This document shows, piece by piece, positions 1-11,560 of a stretch of DNA of 38,860 nt; position 1 is the stretch's first letter; each line of letters opens with the position of its first letter. Position numbers and translations under genes: made by a program. Source of the DNA: Catajapyx aquilonaris. Its lineage: Eukaryota. Under the pieces are notes generated by a model, which saw only the letters and a program-made list of their open reading frames with translations, made no database searches and was not told the origin of the DNA. The DNA lies in the NCBI GenBank assembly GCA_000934665.2, contig JYFJ02003691.1:1-38860 (forward strand). Direction: 5' to 3'.

Positions 1-248
1 GATTTGGCTGGAAACTATTTTGCAAAAATGTAGACAGTTGTCGATTTCAGATGTGTAAAAATAAAAATTCTGGGGGTGCATTGGAATTTGTCTAATTAAA
101 AAAAAAAAACTGAACTTACTTTCTGGATGCGCCTCGTATCATGCTGCAAGCTGCCTAGGAGAAAAAGCTGCCAATTAGCTGCTTTTATTTCATTATAGGA
201 ATCAGAATTAAGAATTATGCAAATAATATTAAAAGGGAATTAGGGAAA

Positions 249-406
249 GTATTTACGATATGTATTTAAATACTTCTGTATTTAAATACTCAGAAATGTA
301 TTGAAATACTGTATTTAAATACAGGAAAATCAATGTAGTTATAAATACATATCTAAATACCAAGAAGTATTTAAATACATTTGTATTTAAATACTGCCCA
401 TCCCTG
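249..406. mobile_element. Non-autonomous DNA transposon (hAT-type MITE) remnant with an array of palindromic GTATTTAAATAC units
   Basis: Repeated gtatttaaatac-like palindromes end in tgcccatccctg (reverse complement CAGGGATGGGCA, a hAT-MITE-like terminus). The left end is degenerate and no TSD is seen. Confidence 0.5.
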
Positions 407-512
407 AGTACATCAACTATGCACCTATGGTTATTACCACATCTCGTCATACCAGGGTCTTCACTCAGATGTCGGTCGACGAGGACGACTAAGGCGTGAG
501 AATATGTGACTC

Positions 513-1016
513 TCATCGTGGGAGAATGGCTGGTCTCGCTGTCGGCACCCGAAGTATCCCCTCAATTCGGGTGGGATGGCTCCTGCGAGGGATGGGGAAT
601 TCACAACCCCCCGCTGACTCTTCGACTCTTCCTTCTCCAACACCTTCTTCTTCTAATATCACTTCAACTTCGTCTACATCTTCTTCTTCAACATAGAGGT
701 GGTATTCCCCGACGTAAAAATCATCGTCGCCATCAACACCAGCAGTACCATCTTTTTCTTCTTTGACTACAGATGCCGCCAATGGACGGGTAATTTTCCC
801 GGTAAGGGCCTGCACCATAGACCGATTCCACTACCACCGCCGCTGGGCTTCATGCTCCTCAGCACAGTTCGCATGATCGTCCCAGCATTCCGTGGAAAAT
901 TGTGAGTAGAGATATCGGGCGTAGAGCTTTGTAGACCTTCCCCATTGGGGAGCTCGTGCCGACTTACACACACCGATTGCGAGCCCTGCTAGTAGGCTCG
1001 CGGTATTATCACACAT
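513..1016 (-). pseudogene. Orphan acidic protein gene (about 168 codons, MCDNT...DDFYVGEYHL...), possibly a Polinton accessory gene
   Basis: ORFs 831-1016 and 513-818 are in frame across one TAG (831-833), which is CAG in the paralog at 13623-13956. A GT-AG intron (1017-1090) lies directly before the ATG. Confidence 0.5.
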
Positions 1017-1473
1017 CTAGAGAAATGAGCAAGAGAGCTCATGGTTTTAACGAACACTCATGACAACTTCTATACACGCGGTTGTCTTACACACTAGTTG
1101 ATAATACAGCTTTGTGAAAAATCTTGACGCATTCATCCCCTTTTGAATTAGAGCAAAGAGGTACAATGTCCCACCATTGAATTAGAGCAAAGTGGTGATG
1201 CTGCTCAAGAATTAATTCAGCAGCTATAAAAAAAAACAATACCGATGATATATTATGTAATCACTTAGTGAAAAAAAAAATCCACGCGGATATCTTACGA
1301 ACTTTTCAATCCCTTTACGCATTCAAAATAATGATTCCCATTTCTCGCATCACACTTAATCAATGCTACTTAAAATTATCACCGAGGGTGTATGAAATCA
1401 CTTCACGAAAAACTACAGCAGTATACATCAAACTCAACACCGCCACTCTCCCACCTACATACACTATTTATCT

Positions 1474-1496
1474 TATCAGGAACAAGGTTCCTGACA
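1474..1496. promoter_or_regulatory. 23-bp repeated motif containing the inverted repeat TCAGGAAC-AAG-GTTCCTGA (copy 1)
   Basis: Identical to 2221-2243; partial copy at 25664-25675. The regulatory role is inferred. Confidence 0.4.
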
Positions 1497-1655
1497 GTAC
1501 CCCCTGTTTTCCAAAAAAAACAACAAAGCGTATGTTTTGTTTTAAACTACATCCTTCAAAATGTCACATTACAAACAAGAAATTTCAGTACAATAAGGTT
1601 CGAGTTCAGTCTGCATATTATGCACAGCCACCATCTTCATCCATATGACCCTCCC

Positions 1656-2128
1656 TCAGGCACCGGTCCCTATTGAAGCAAGTCTTCTTCTTCCGACGGC
1701 TCCCAAGTCCATTTGAAGAGTTGGGTCTTCTTCTTCATCCTGGAGAGATCTACCAGGGGTTGGCGGCACCAGAGGTTGGGCTATTTGTCGCCGCTGTCGG
1801 ACCACCTCTTCTTGTAAGCCAAAAGCCAGGTCCGCGATGAGGTGGAATGCTTGTGAATGGCCAACATTGTCTTCATCAGTCGGCAACCCCACGCGCTGCA
1901 ATGCTGCACGACAGGCATCTTCTTCCTGCGCACGTCGCTGCATAGACAGCTGTCCCCCCCCCCCCTCCAACGGAGGTAAGCAGACGTGGGGAGGAAATGG
2001 ACCATCGGTTCCTCTTCATCCACCAGGATGAAGTCGATGGGAGGTCCATCATCTTTCTCATGCGATGGCGGCAGGTACGCTATCCCGACAGCCGATGGTG
2101 CAGGACGAGACCAGCGCCGGATGTCCAT
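1656..2128 (-). pseudogene. Frameshifted orphan ORF downstream of pPolB
   Basis: ORFs 1781-2128 and 1656-1970 can be joined by a frameshift in the poly-C run near 1954-1965. It is co-oriented with pPolB. Confidence 0.3.
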
Positions 2129-2220
2129 ATCCCCACAATGACGTCAGGATTCAAAGGGGGAGGAGAGTTGGGGCACTGGGCACGTGCCGGAAGGGGTTGG
2201 AAATACATATTATGTCACAA

Positions 2221-2243
2221 TATCAGGAACAAGGTTCCTGACA
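2221..2243. promoter_or_regulatory. 23-bp repeated inverted-repeat motif (copy 2)
   Basis: tatcaggaacaaggttcctgaca, identical to 1474-1496. Confidence 0.4.
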
Positions 2244-2795
2244 ATCTTTATGAAGGAGCACTCACACATCCACAACAAACTTCACAATGCCAGAGTGTAT
2301 GATGAACTGACACTGGAGGAGGGACCAACTCAGAAATGTCTTTATATAGTGCTGTTTTATCGTATGATTTAACGTGAACAATATTGAGCTTAACTGGTAT
2401 GCGGGGGGAAAATCGGCCTATAGGACCTTACCCCCTACGGAATGCACTTTCCCTTACGGATTTATGCAGGAATCTACACCACCGAGCATCTGGTCATTAG
2501 GAAACCCCCTAACAATTCCTACCTATGAAAAAATGTCAACCATTCCTCAGGATTTTCCCATGACAAGTCGTTGTTTAACTAAGGGGAGGTTGTAAGTCGA
2601 AAATGACAAAAATAAGTTTAGAAATATAATACAAATTTTAGTGTCTTTTTCAGTATTTTTATTACACCTGTTGAAAAATTAATACAATAGAAACCCCATA
2701 TAGTTATTTTTGAAACCCTCAAATTAGTCCTTGACTACGTAATCATCACAGGATGACGATGGGGGCTAATGGGTGAGAAGGGCGGGGTTCCTTAC

Positions 2796-5265
2796 CTAAA
2801 ACCGTAAGGATGCGAGTCGTGAACTTTTCTTTACTCTTTTATCGAAAACTATTCTGTATGTTTTAACCACCTCTTTCTCCACCACTGAATCGTCTGGAAG
2901 TCTCTCAATTTTTCTAGGCTCAACGACAGAGCATGAGCTTTCACCCTCGATTAACAGCATGGTTTTGAGAGTCTCCAAATTGACAATCTGCAATGCTCTA
3001 TAATTCAGTTTGATGCCTTTAACCTTTAGAGACACCGACTCCTCTCCCCGGTCATTTTTGACCACGTATCCGTAATTTTTCGGCCCGCCGGAGCAAAATT
3101 GGGTTATTGATGCTCCCGGTCCGTATTCCTCCAACTCGTTAGTCAGCTCACCTAGGTAATCTCCAGTTGGTAGGGGTGTGTCTCCAGGTCCGGTTACGTA
3201 AATTACGGAATCGGTGTCGCAGTACACCCGATCCTGCAAGTCTTCCAGATATTCGTAGAGTTTCAGGCGAGCTTGGCGGGCCGTTGTGAAAGCTCCGAGG
3301 ATAACATTGGTGGATGGGTGGGACTGTGGAAGATCATCTCTGGGTTTGGAAGTTATGGACAAGGTGTTCTCACCTACAGGTAAAACTGACGTCACCTCAC
3401 AACCAGGGTCTACAACTGTTCCGTTGTATGTACGGCCTTAGTGCGTGGTTTGGCAGGGTTCATCGCATATCGGCCCCAAAAGCTATTCAACATCAGTTTT
3501 GCCAGTGCCCTCAGACCCGAATTCTTGACGATCTTGTCGGGTTCGAGAGTCACTCCCTTGCGAGTCAGGTAGTCAGCCACATACTTCTCCTTGTCATCGG
3601 TTGTCTTGGACCAATCAGGCCATCCCGAGGCTTCCTGCTTCATCTTTTGGAATTTATCAATGTATGACCCAAACAGACCTGTGGTACCAGTTGCGGGGTC
3701 ATACCTTTCGGTATGCTAATTCCACACCTCATACATTTCCCTGACTTTGTACCCCAGCTCCACGGCCTTTCTCAATTCCATGGTAACCCAAGTACCCACC
3801 ATCTCGCGGCCCTTATCTTTGTGAGTGCAGGGGGTGGATTGATTGCACTCCTCTGCACACCTCCGACACAGTGTAAATATGAGCACCCACCTATCTTGCA
3901 ACCTAAAACTGGTTTGTCCAGGTTTGTGGGCGGAAGAACTCGAGACTTGACAATCCCCTCGTGGGAGTCGAGAGAAGCGAAGTCTCGGGTTATCACCACG
4001 AGGGTCCCGACAGGGTAAACACCGTACTTGCATACCCACGGGGAGAGCGACGTTACATCCGCATAGTGTACTTTCTCTCCATCCGCTGGATTATGAAACA
4101 ATTTGTAGGCCCTGTCCTTCCTCCCATAAGCGAGTCTCCCGGGTTGATTGGTTCCATATTGGGAGGGAGGTTTGAGAGAAAGGCACGTAGGATTGGATCG
4201 GTGTGAATTTGCGTACGGAATTGACACTCCCAGATTGTGTGTAACTCCACTTCCCAACCGGCCTGGAGAATTATCTGTTTCTTTGTTTAGTTTTTTGATA
4301 CCTAAAGTCCATCGTGGTAGTAGGATCGTCTTCCAATGCACTCATACGATTTGCGAAGCAAACGGGGCATCCATGAAAGTAGCATATGTAAAATTCGTAC
4401 AGATGCACGGTGTCGCCCTCCTGGCGGTATCCATCCACTTTGTGACGACCCATGGGTTGCTCTAGACCGTTCCCTTGAAAGGACATCGTTGTTCCTTGTT
4501 GATATACATTGGTCGTGATGGAGTGACCACCCTGCTTCAGTTGATGATCAATCCAATGGAGCCACTTCAGGGCAATGCCTGATTGCTTATCGTATCTGTA
4601 TCTTCCAGCAGGGATATTTGCTATGGACTTTTTTGGCATCATGTTACGTCTGTAGGTGAGGTGACATGCCTGAGGGAGGGTTATGGCTACTACAAGGGGA
4701 TCGACTCCATTTTCTGAGAGGAACATTGACCGAAACGTCAGACAAGCACCCTTCAGAATAGCTACATCCGCTGGTCTTTTAATACATACCCTCTTTCACC
4801 CAGTCTTGCTTTCTCACAGACATGCCATTCGAGGAACTTGGCTCTCTCGGCTTCAGACGTACCATCTGGATCTAACTCTGTTAAATTGGGGAGAGGTCCG
4901 ATGTAGTCCTGATTGTCAGAGCGGTTGGCAATATGGGGAAAGTACCCCTTCTCCTTGGGGAGTGCAGACAGCGGCATTGGTAGGAAACTGGCACTGTCCT
5001 TAAAGTGTATATCAGCATCGTTCATGTACATGACTTTTAACCCATTTGCAATAATATCAGGGTCTCGACCCTACTATTCAACCATTTGCTTTAGGATAAA
5101 TTGGCCATCGAAGCCTTTAAGGTTGTGAGCAATCACGATGATATCTTTGGGTTTACGGAACATGCGGATACGCTTGACAAAATCACCAATGGCTGTAGGA
5201 CGTTAAAAAATTTGCTGACGTACTCCACAAGTGCTGCAAAAATGTTCAGTGTCGCAATCGAAGCG
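2796..5265 (-). pseudogene. polB: Polinton/Maverick (adintovirus-like) protein-primed family B DNA polymerase, multiple frameshifts, 5'-truncated
   Basis: Motifs occur in the correct order: IVIAHNLKGFDGQF (Exo II, about 5095-5135), FKDSASFLPMPLSALPK, KGYFPH, VDGY..YEF..CYFHGCPVC (Vsr-like insert), GGRT, YADVTSLSPW, KLMLNSFWG, YCDTDSVIY, GPKNYGY, KVKGI. Confidence 0.93.
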
Positions 5266-5752
5266 AGGAGGGACACTCCGGCAGGAAATGACGACCGTCG
5301 ACTTGGGTGGCTGCCAGTCTAGCTTCCGAGTCGGCCACTGCTCACTGTAAGTTTCCTTCCCGCCCCAGAGTTTCACCCTCCCTGCTTAATTCCACCCTGC
5401 AGAAGCTGTCACATTGCCCACAGGCGATGGTCAGCAACAATGGGCAGTGTCGTCACTCTTATCAAAACTATCGATCAAACCTACGAACAGTCCACAGTTA
5501 CATATCAACCACAACGACTATTAACTAACCTCCTTGATGAAGTCTCAACTGCTGAATGACATGAGAAAAGGCAGGGACGCGACCTTTCGCTGGGCAGGGG
5601 GGTCAGAGGGGGGACTCGAAATAACATGCCCCAGGCCAAGACGCAGGAGGGTAGCAACAAGGGGGACACTTTGAAAGAAGCAACCAAATGATGCCAGTAA
5701 TGACCAGCGTCGTGGGTTTAACATAACACAAGAAATATTAAAGACGACAACA

Positions 5753-5945
5753 CTATACAGCTGTCTCCACAGCCTTTACAATCTGCTGTTGGGTGTCTGG
5801 TGGGAGAGCTTCAAAAAGCTTCCCGCAGGCCAGCTGAGCTATCATTTCGGATGAAGCCGTCAGGAAGGATTTTACGAGGGCTTTTTTTAATCGAAACACA
5901 TAAGAGTCCCATGATTCGTGAGGTTGCAAAGTAAGCATAGACTTT
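5753..5945 (-). pseudogene. Possible retrotransposon gag fragment
   Basis: LTLQPHESWDSYVFRLKKALVKSF...LFEALPPDTQQQI resembles the Q..ES...Y..RL gag major-homology-like pattern. Confidence 0.35.
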
Positions 5946-5994
5946 GTTGGATCCGCCAGGTCCGATCGGAACTAATGTACTCCGGAGTCCGGAC

Positions 5995-7020
5995 CATGCA
6001 CGTTTTACACCATTTAGGCCAGTCTGAGGCCTCCTGCTTCATTTCAAGGAATGTGTTGATGTATGAGCTAAACAGATCCTGATTACCCGTGACAGTATCA
6101 TACCTGGCTATTTCATATCTCCGCACCTCGTCAGTCTCTGTAATTTTGTACCCCATTTCTTGTGTCTTGCTGAGCTCCAATGTCACCCACGTGCCACTTA
6201 TCTCCCTCTCGCTATCACTGTGAGTCCAGGGTGATAACTGTTCTACACTGTCGGCACACTTCCTGCATAAAGCGAATAGCAGCTTCCCTTCAATCTTGCT
6301 TCCTAACACAGGCTTGTCTAGAGTGGTTGGTGGTAACACTCGACATTTCACTAACCCTTCAGATGAATTTAGAGGGGGAAGACTCGGGTGATCACTTCTG
6401 GGTGACCTACCGGGAATACACCATACTTACAAACCCACGGATAAAGAGAAGTGACGTCGGCATAATCTACTCGCTCGCCTTCGACAGGTTTGAAAAAGAG
6501 TTTGTACGCCCCAGTCCTTCCTCCCATGAGGCTTTCCCTAGGATTTATTGGCTCCATGCAAGCAGGCAGGGTTGAAATTAATGCGCGGAGCTCCGGATTT
6601 ACTCTCATTTTTGCTCTAAACTTACACTCCCAACATTACGTTAAATTCTACATTCCCAAGCCGCTTAATCATGCATTCCCTCTGCATCGGACGTTGGTAC
6701 CTGACATCCATAGTGGAAAATTGGTCTTCCCCTAACGACACCCTGCGATTCGAGAAGCATGTAGGACTACCATGAAAATAGCAACCATAAAACTCGTAAA
6801 TGTGTGTGCGTCACCTTCCCGTAACCGTAAGTATCCATCAGCCTTGTATCTCAATATACGCTCTTCCGCCCCATTCCCTTGAAAGAACAGCTGTATTTTT
6901 TTCACCAGGGTTTTTTGCGTTTCTAATACACTCTGTCGTCCATTCTCCTTCTTAAGATTGTAATCAACTGCAGCAAAGTCAAAGAAATAGTGGATTACCA
7001 GTATCGTCCACTTCTTAGTC
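5995..7020 (-). pseudogene. polB: Second, diverged Polinton pPolB fragment (Vsr insert to palm region)
   Basis: MEPINPRESLMGGRTG, YADVTSLYPWVCKYGVFPVGHP, GTWVTLEL, YINTFLEMKQEASDWP. Paralogous to about 3600-4600 but with many substitutions. Confidence 0.88.
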
Positions 7021-7028
7021 CGGGCACG

Positions 7029-7567
7029 CATGGCACATTCGGAAAGGATTCTATCAAGGTCAACTCCTCACATGTAGGAATTGAACCGCTTGACAACATT
7101 TGGCCGAGGGATATAAATTGATGATGATGGTGTGCTTAAGATGGCATCACTGATGCACTGTATAACAGCAAATGGATTAGTGAGCATGAAACATCCACCT
7201 CTCTAGGATCAAAAAAGACCNAAAAAAAATAAAAAGAACAAAAAAACACACATTTGTTCAGTTAACGTTGGGGGTGGGGTGGCCTTGCCTGCCCTCCCCT
7301 ACAACGTCACAGGTGCTTGGCGCAGTATAGCCATTGCTGCTGTTGCGCCATTAAACCATTAATCAATCAATCAATCATGGCACATTCGGAAAGGATTCTA
7401 TCAAGGTCAACTCCTCACATGTAGGAATTGAACCGCTTGACAACATTTGGCCGAGGGATATAAATTGATGATGATGGTGTGCTTAAGATGGCATCACTGA
7501 TGCACTGTATAACAGCAAATGGATTAGTGAGCATGAAACATCCACCTCTCTAGGATCAAAAAAGACC
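7029..7567 (+). repeat. 192-bp exact direct repeat (7029-7220 and 7376-7567) flanking an assembly N
   Basis: The sequences are identical from catggcacattcgg to aaaagacc; there is a single N at 7221. Confidence 0.9.
7222..7375 (+). mobile_element. 3' end of a SINE/LINE-like element with an (AATC)n tail
   Basis: Ends ...gcgccattaaaccattaatcaatcaatcaat, a microsatellite tail typical of non-LTR retroelements. Confidence 0.5.
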
Positions 7568-8230
7568 CTTAAATAACAGGATCATTCCCATGATACTGTT
7601 TACCTCAGAACACTGCAAGTGGATGAGTGTCTTCATTTGACTGGAAATTGGCTTACGTGATGATAGCATTTGGAGCAGTTAATTTAATGGCTATCATCAA
7701 ATGTATTGGCCATGCTTAAGCAATATGGGGTAGTGTCTTTCAGTGGCTGCAAAGTAATAACTTACTTAGTTATTTTAAGCAGTTTGGAGGTTCCTCTTAG
7801 TGGTTATGAAGGTATTAGTTACTTTAAACAGCCCTGGAGTAGCCCACATGTAGTAAGTCCTCTTTGGCCAGTTACACCTGCAATCCTGTTTATCTACAGT
7901 CCTTTTATTTGGCTTCAGACCATGCAAGTATGCCCATGTATAAGTTTAATATTATAGTATGGAAATGTCTTCTGGGCGAAAAAAAAAAAATCCAGAATAT
8001 TACCCTACCCAGTTCTCCATTTACGTATTAGAATACTGCAGTATCCAGTCATATGTCAGCGTATCTACATCCCTTATAAGCATTGCTTTTGAGGAAACAA
8101 AATCCGAACTCATTCTGTGCTCAAAGAATCTGGCAGAAATGTCGCTGTTTCTTTTATCTCTAGTGTAATTCAATCCGTACACTAGTAATATCATGCAGGC
8201 CCACAATAAGTCAGTAAAACGATGACGCAT
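7380..8230 (-). pseudogene. Decayed piggyBac (PGBD2/3-like) transposase
   Basis: Manual translation of about 7390-7465 gives IYIPRPNVVKRFNSYM*GVDLDRILS, the YN..MGGVD motif with the third catalytic D. The upstream extent is uncertain. Confidence 0.65.
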
Positions 8231-8349
8231 TTAAGACCAAACTTTCCAAATCACACTCTAGTACAGTATGTACATTGACACACATGGCTACCGATTAAAT
8301 ATGAATCTAACTATATCCGCAAGAATTGTGAGTGAAAAAAAAAAACGTC

Positions 8350-8480
8350 TCTACACCTACCAAACATGACGCCTTCTCCTTACCCTCCGTTACCTTGTTT
8401 GCCAAGAAATGGAAACGCACCCCCTCCTCGTACAGGGTCCAGGGCGCGTTCGGCCCCGGAGCGTACTCCTCCATCCTCAT
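8350..8480 (-). pseudogene. N-terminal gag fragment of a Ty3/gypsy (K02A2.6-like) LTR retrotransposon
   Basis: MEEYAPGPNAPWTLYEEGVRFHFLANKVTEGKEKA matches the W..Y.ER...F.AN.V pattern. Confidence 0.55.
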
Positions 8481-8519
8481 CTGGGCCATCTCCACATGTT
8501 CTCTATGAGATAGAACTGA

Positions 8520-9280
8520 CCCATTGGTTGTGAGATTTTGTTCAACGCCATCAAATGGAGCATCGCATCTCGTATTTCTGAATTGTTTCGCTGTCTCTCT
8601 GGTTTTAAGTATGTACGCTCCACCTGAGGCCGAAACAAACTTGTACAATGCACTGCACACACAATGTCTTCGAAGGAGATCTTACAAGTATCTTCTTGGG
8701 GAGGCCACCTCCTCGGAAGGATAGTTTGGGGGTAACACCTTCCGACATTTCTTCAACCACTCTAACCCAGACGACAACTTCCACAACACATGCCACAAAT
8801 GTTCCTGCAGCGTACTGCACCTCTTCTGGCTTCTCTTGATCGGGTTTGGAAGTACATGATGCAGTCCTCAGAGGCTGGCCACACGACAATTCAAACACTT
8901 GCATTTGTGTGTTGAGTGTTGCTGCACAACTGAACCGCTCTATAGTAGTGTCGTATCAGGGTCTCCACCTTATGGGCAAAGTTATCCACAAATTCCTCCG
9001 TAGTCACGGTTAATGTCGTCAACCTCGTCTTGTCGGTTGAAAGCCATTGCCGATACTGTGTGTCGTCTATGTCCTCCAAAGCAGCGACAAGGCGAGGGTG
9101 TTTGATGATACCAGCCCGTCGTGGATACTCCGTGCACCACCTCATCATGCAACCCTCGGAGTCAGGGCTGCAGACTGTTGTCGCCATCCAAGCCATCAAG
9201 GTGTCCTCTCCAGGAAGGCTGGCTATCATCAACTTCACGTTTTGATGATGTATACACACTCATACATTATGGGTACCTGG
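8520..9280 (-). pseudogene. Internally deleted Cys-rich DNA transposase (Sola2-like, tentative)
   Basis: CIHHQNVKLM...VCS..SEGCMMRWC...YRQWLSTDKT...HYY is joined to the C-terminal GTFVACV...WV.VVEE domain; the catalytic core is missing. Confidence 0.55.
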
Positions 9281-10029
9281 AAATGATGCAGTATTTTTAA
9301 TAAGCCATTTCCGTTATGTACGATCCTTATTACTAAGCAGAACGCATCCAATATTATCGTAAGGTTTTTTTAAAACAATTATTTTGAATGCTTGAGCACA
9401 ATACAGCATAAGCATGACTCACCTCCCTCTTTACTCCAGCTACCTCCAGCGCCACTGACAGTTATGCAACTCATAATTCCGTGAATCCGATCAACATAAG
9501 AGCCACCCTCCAAGACCAATTATCACCTCTCCGTTCCAGGAGGAAGGGCTCTTTGAGTCACCGGCCCCCATCGGGAGTTGTCCACTTCTGAGAGGTCCAC
9601 TGTTGAGGTCTCCCCCTTCGGCGAGGTCCACTATAAAATCCAGGTCTGAAGGCTGGCTGGAGTGCAGGGTGTCCACTTCCCCATTTTCTATGGGAGGAGA
9701 GGACTGCTGGCTCCCCCGCTAGTCATGTTGCCCTTGGTTCTGAAGAGACGAGCCACAAATCAGAATGGAAACTTTGCAAAATTACTCTCAACTTACGCTC
9801 TGAATCCCACCGAATCCTTCCCGGTTCCCGGTCGCAGCCGTGGATTTGCCCCATCGCGAAAGATAATTCGGGACACAGAGAGGTACATAACCTTGCATAA
9901 ACTTACATTCCCCCATATCAGTTCTATGGGATTGAGATCACAGTGGTACGGAGGCAATCGAATTACTTGGTGCCCGCGTATTTTTGCCAGTTCGTCGATG
10001 TCACTTCTTCACTCGCGACTTGCGTTGCG

Positions 10030-10420
10030 TTGCACATGACCCACCGCGAACTTCCTTGGGCAAGTTGCACTGACAATATGTTCATACTCCTGTGGAAGGG
10101 TCGCGCTCTCAATATGTCTCAACCGTTTCTCAATGAGACCAAAGGAACGGTCGCAGGGCAGGAAACTAAGGCCAGGTTCAGGAAATCGGTGTAGTATCTT
10201 GTGAAATCGTCCGAGTCTCACGCATGTGTAGAGAAACTGCGCCATGGCTTGGTTTTTATTTTGTGCACAGCAGTTATCAGAAAACAGATAAATCTCTTGA
10301 CTTTGTCCCAAAATATTGCCAACGTAGTGGTGTAGAAAGCTTATGTAATATGACTTCGTTTGACCCTTTCCTGCCCAAACTTTCATCGTAGTACATGTAA
10401 AAATGTGTCTTTCCTGAGCT
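10030..10420 (-). pseudogene. Sola1-like DDD transposase core fragment
   Basis: FYMYYDESLGRKGSNEV (frameshifted), LFSDNCCAQNKN, HRFPEPGLSFLPCDRSFGLIEK. Confidence 0.75.
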
Positions 10421-11560
10421 TGCTGCATGGATAGCGAAGTTATATTCCCAGAGGGGGTGAGTAGGGAAGTCACGTGTTCACTACGCAAAGTGACGTCAGA
10501 TGCTGATGACGAACACAAAGGCTAATATGCTCTCCACCCTCGATCTCACCCACTCTGGTATGCTGACTCCAGTGGGAGCAGGGTCAACTCTGAGGGAGAT
10601 CTCACGGGCATCGGTCATTAGAACCCTCATGTAAGCCGTCTTCTCATGCAGAAGTGACAGCCCCATTAATTCTGCTGAAGCTGAGGAATCGGGTGACATG
10701 GTTGGATGTGGAGAGGACGGAGATTTAGGGTGTGGAGAATCAGTGGCCCCCATCCCCCCCTTAGCCATGGAGGCACCCCCCGAAGGAAAAGTTCATATCC
10801 AGTGAAGATTTTCATTTTTATTTAAAGGGAGGTGACTGGTAACTGTTTATTATTACCAAATCTACGGAACAAGAGAAGAAAACAATGAGTAACCTGACGG
10901 CGAATGGCATGCTGCTAACGTGAATAATTAACCGGCGGTCATTATTACGGGACGACAGACGCACTGGCTCACGGTCGGCTGTCTCTCGGTGTCAAGCTGG
11001 GTGTCGATGTCGCCCTAGCTGCTAGGAGTCAGGAGCCTTCACCATTCCATCCATTCTCGCCTGCTTCCATCTTCCCGTTTTCTGAGCCGAGGTGCCGACC
11101 AACATGGCCGCCGTCTCCCCCATCTGTCCCCCACCCTGCTTCTTGAAAGTCACGTGACGCCTTCTCCTTAACACTATAACCTCCTTGGGAATAACCTGTA
11201 CAAAATGGGGGAATATTCACTATGCCTACACTTGCACCATCACGTCCTTATTCTGGGATTCACCTTTATCCTCGATGGCGTTAGGGCACTTGATTGACAC
11301 AATAAGAGGGGTACACTATTCAGCCAGTTCCCTCGGTTATCCACTCTCACAAACGTCGGTCTGGTGTGGTGAGTACTCGATGATCGTATGCATTTGTCTA
11401 AGAAGGGAGGTATTAATTCTACTAGTCTACCAGTACATAATTACAGCTTGCATAACATTAACTTACATCATGGGGTAGAGTGAGATTTAGATTTTCAATA
11501 TCTATCCTCTCAGTAGTGATGAAGGCCTTTGTTCTAGAGTTGAGAACTTTTGTCAACATA

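Noticed and set aside
249..400. CRISPR-like array of palindromic repeats
   Set aside because: Units are only about 12 bp with short irregular AT-rich spacers, there are no cas genes, the context is eukaryotic, and a MITE-like terminus is present.
2340..2800. Polinton terminal inverted repeat
   Set aside because: No (AG)n/(AGT)n terminus or matching inverted copy was found in the window.
9420..11220. Short ORFs at 9491-9676, 10496-10768 and 11029-11220
   Set aside because: No recognisable domain; they cannot be distinguished from decayed repeat fragments.
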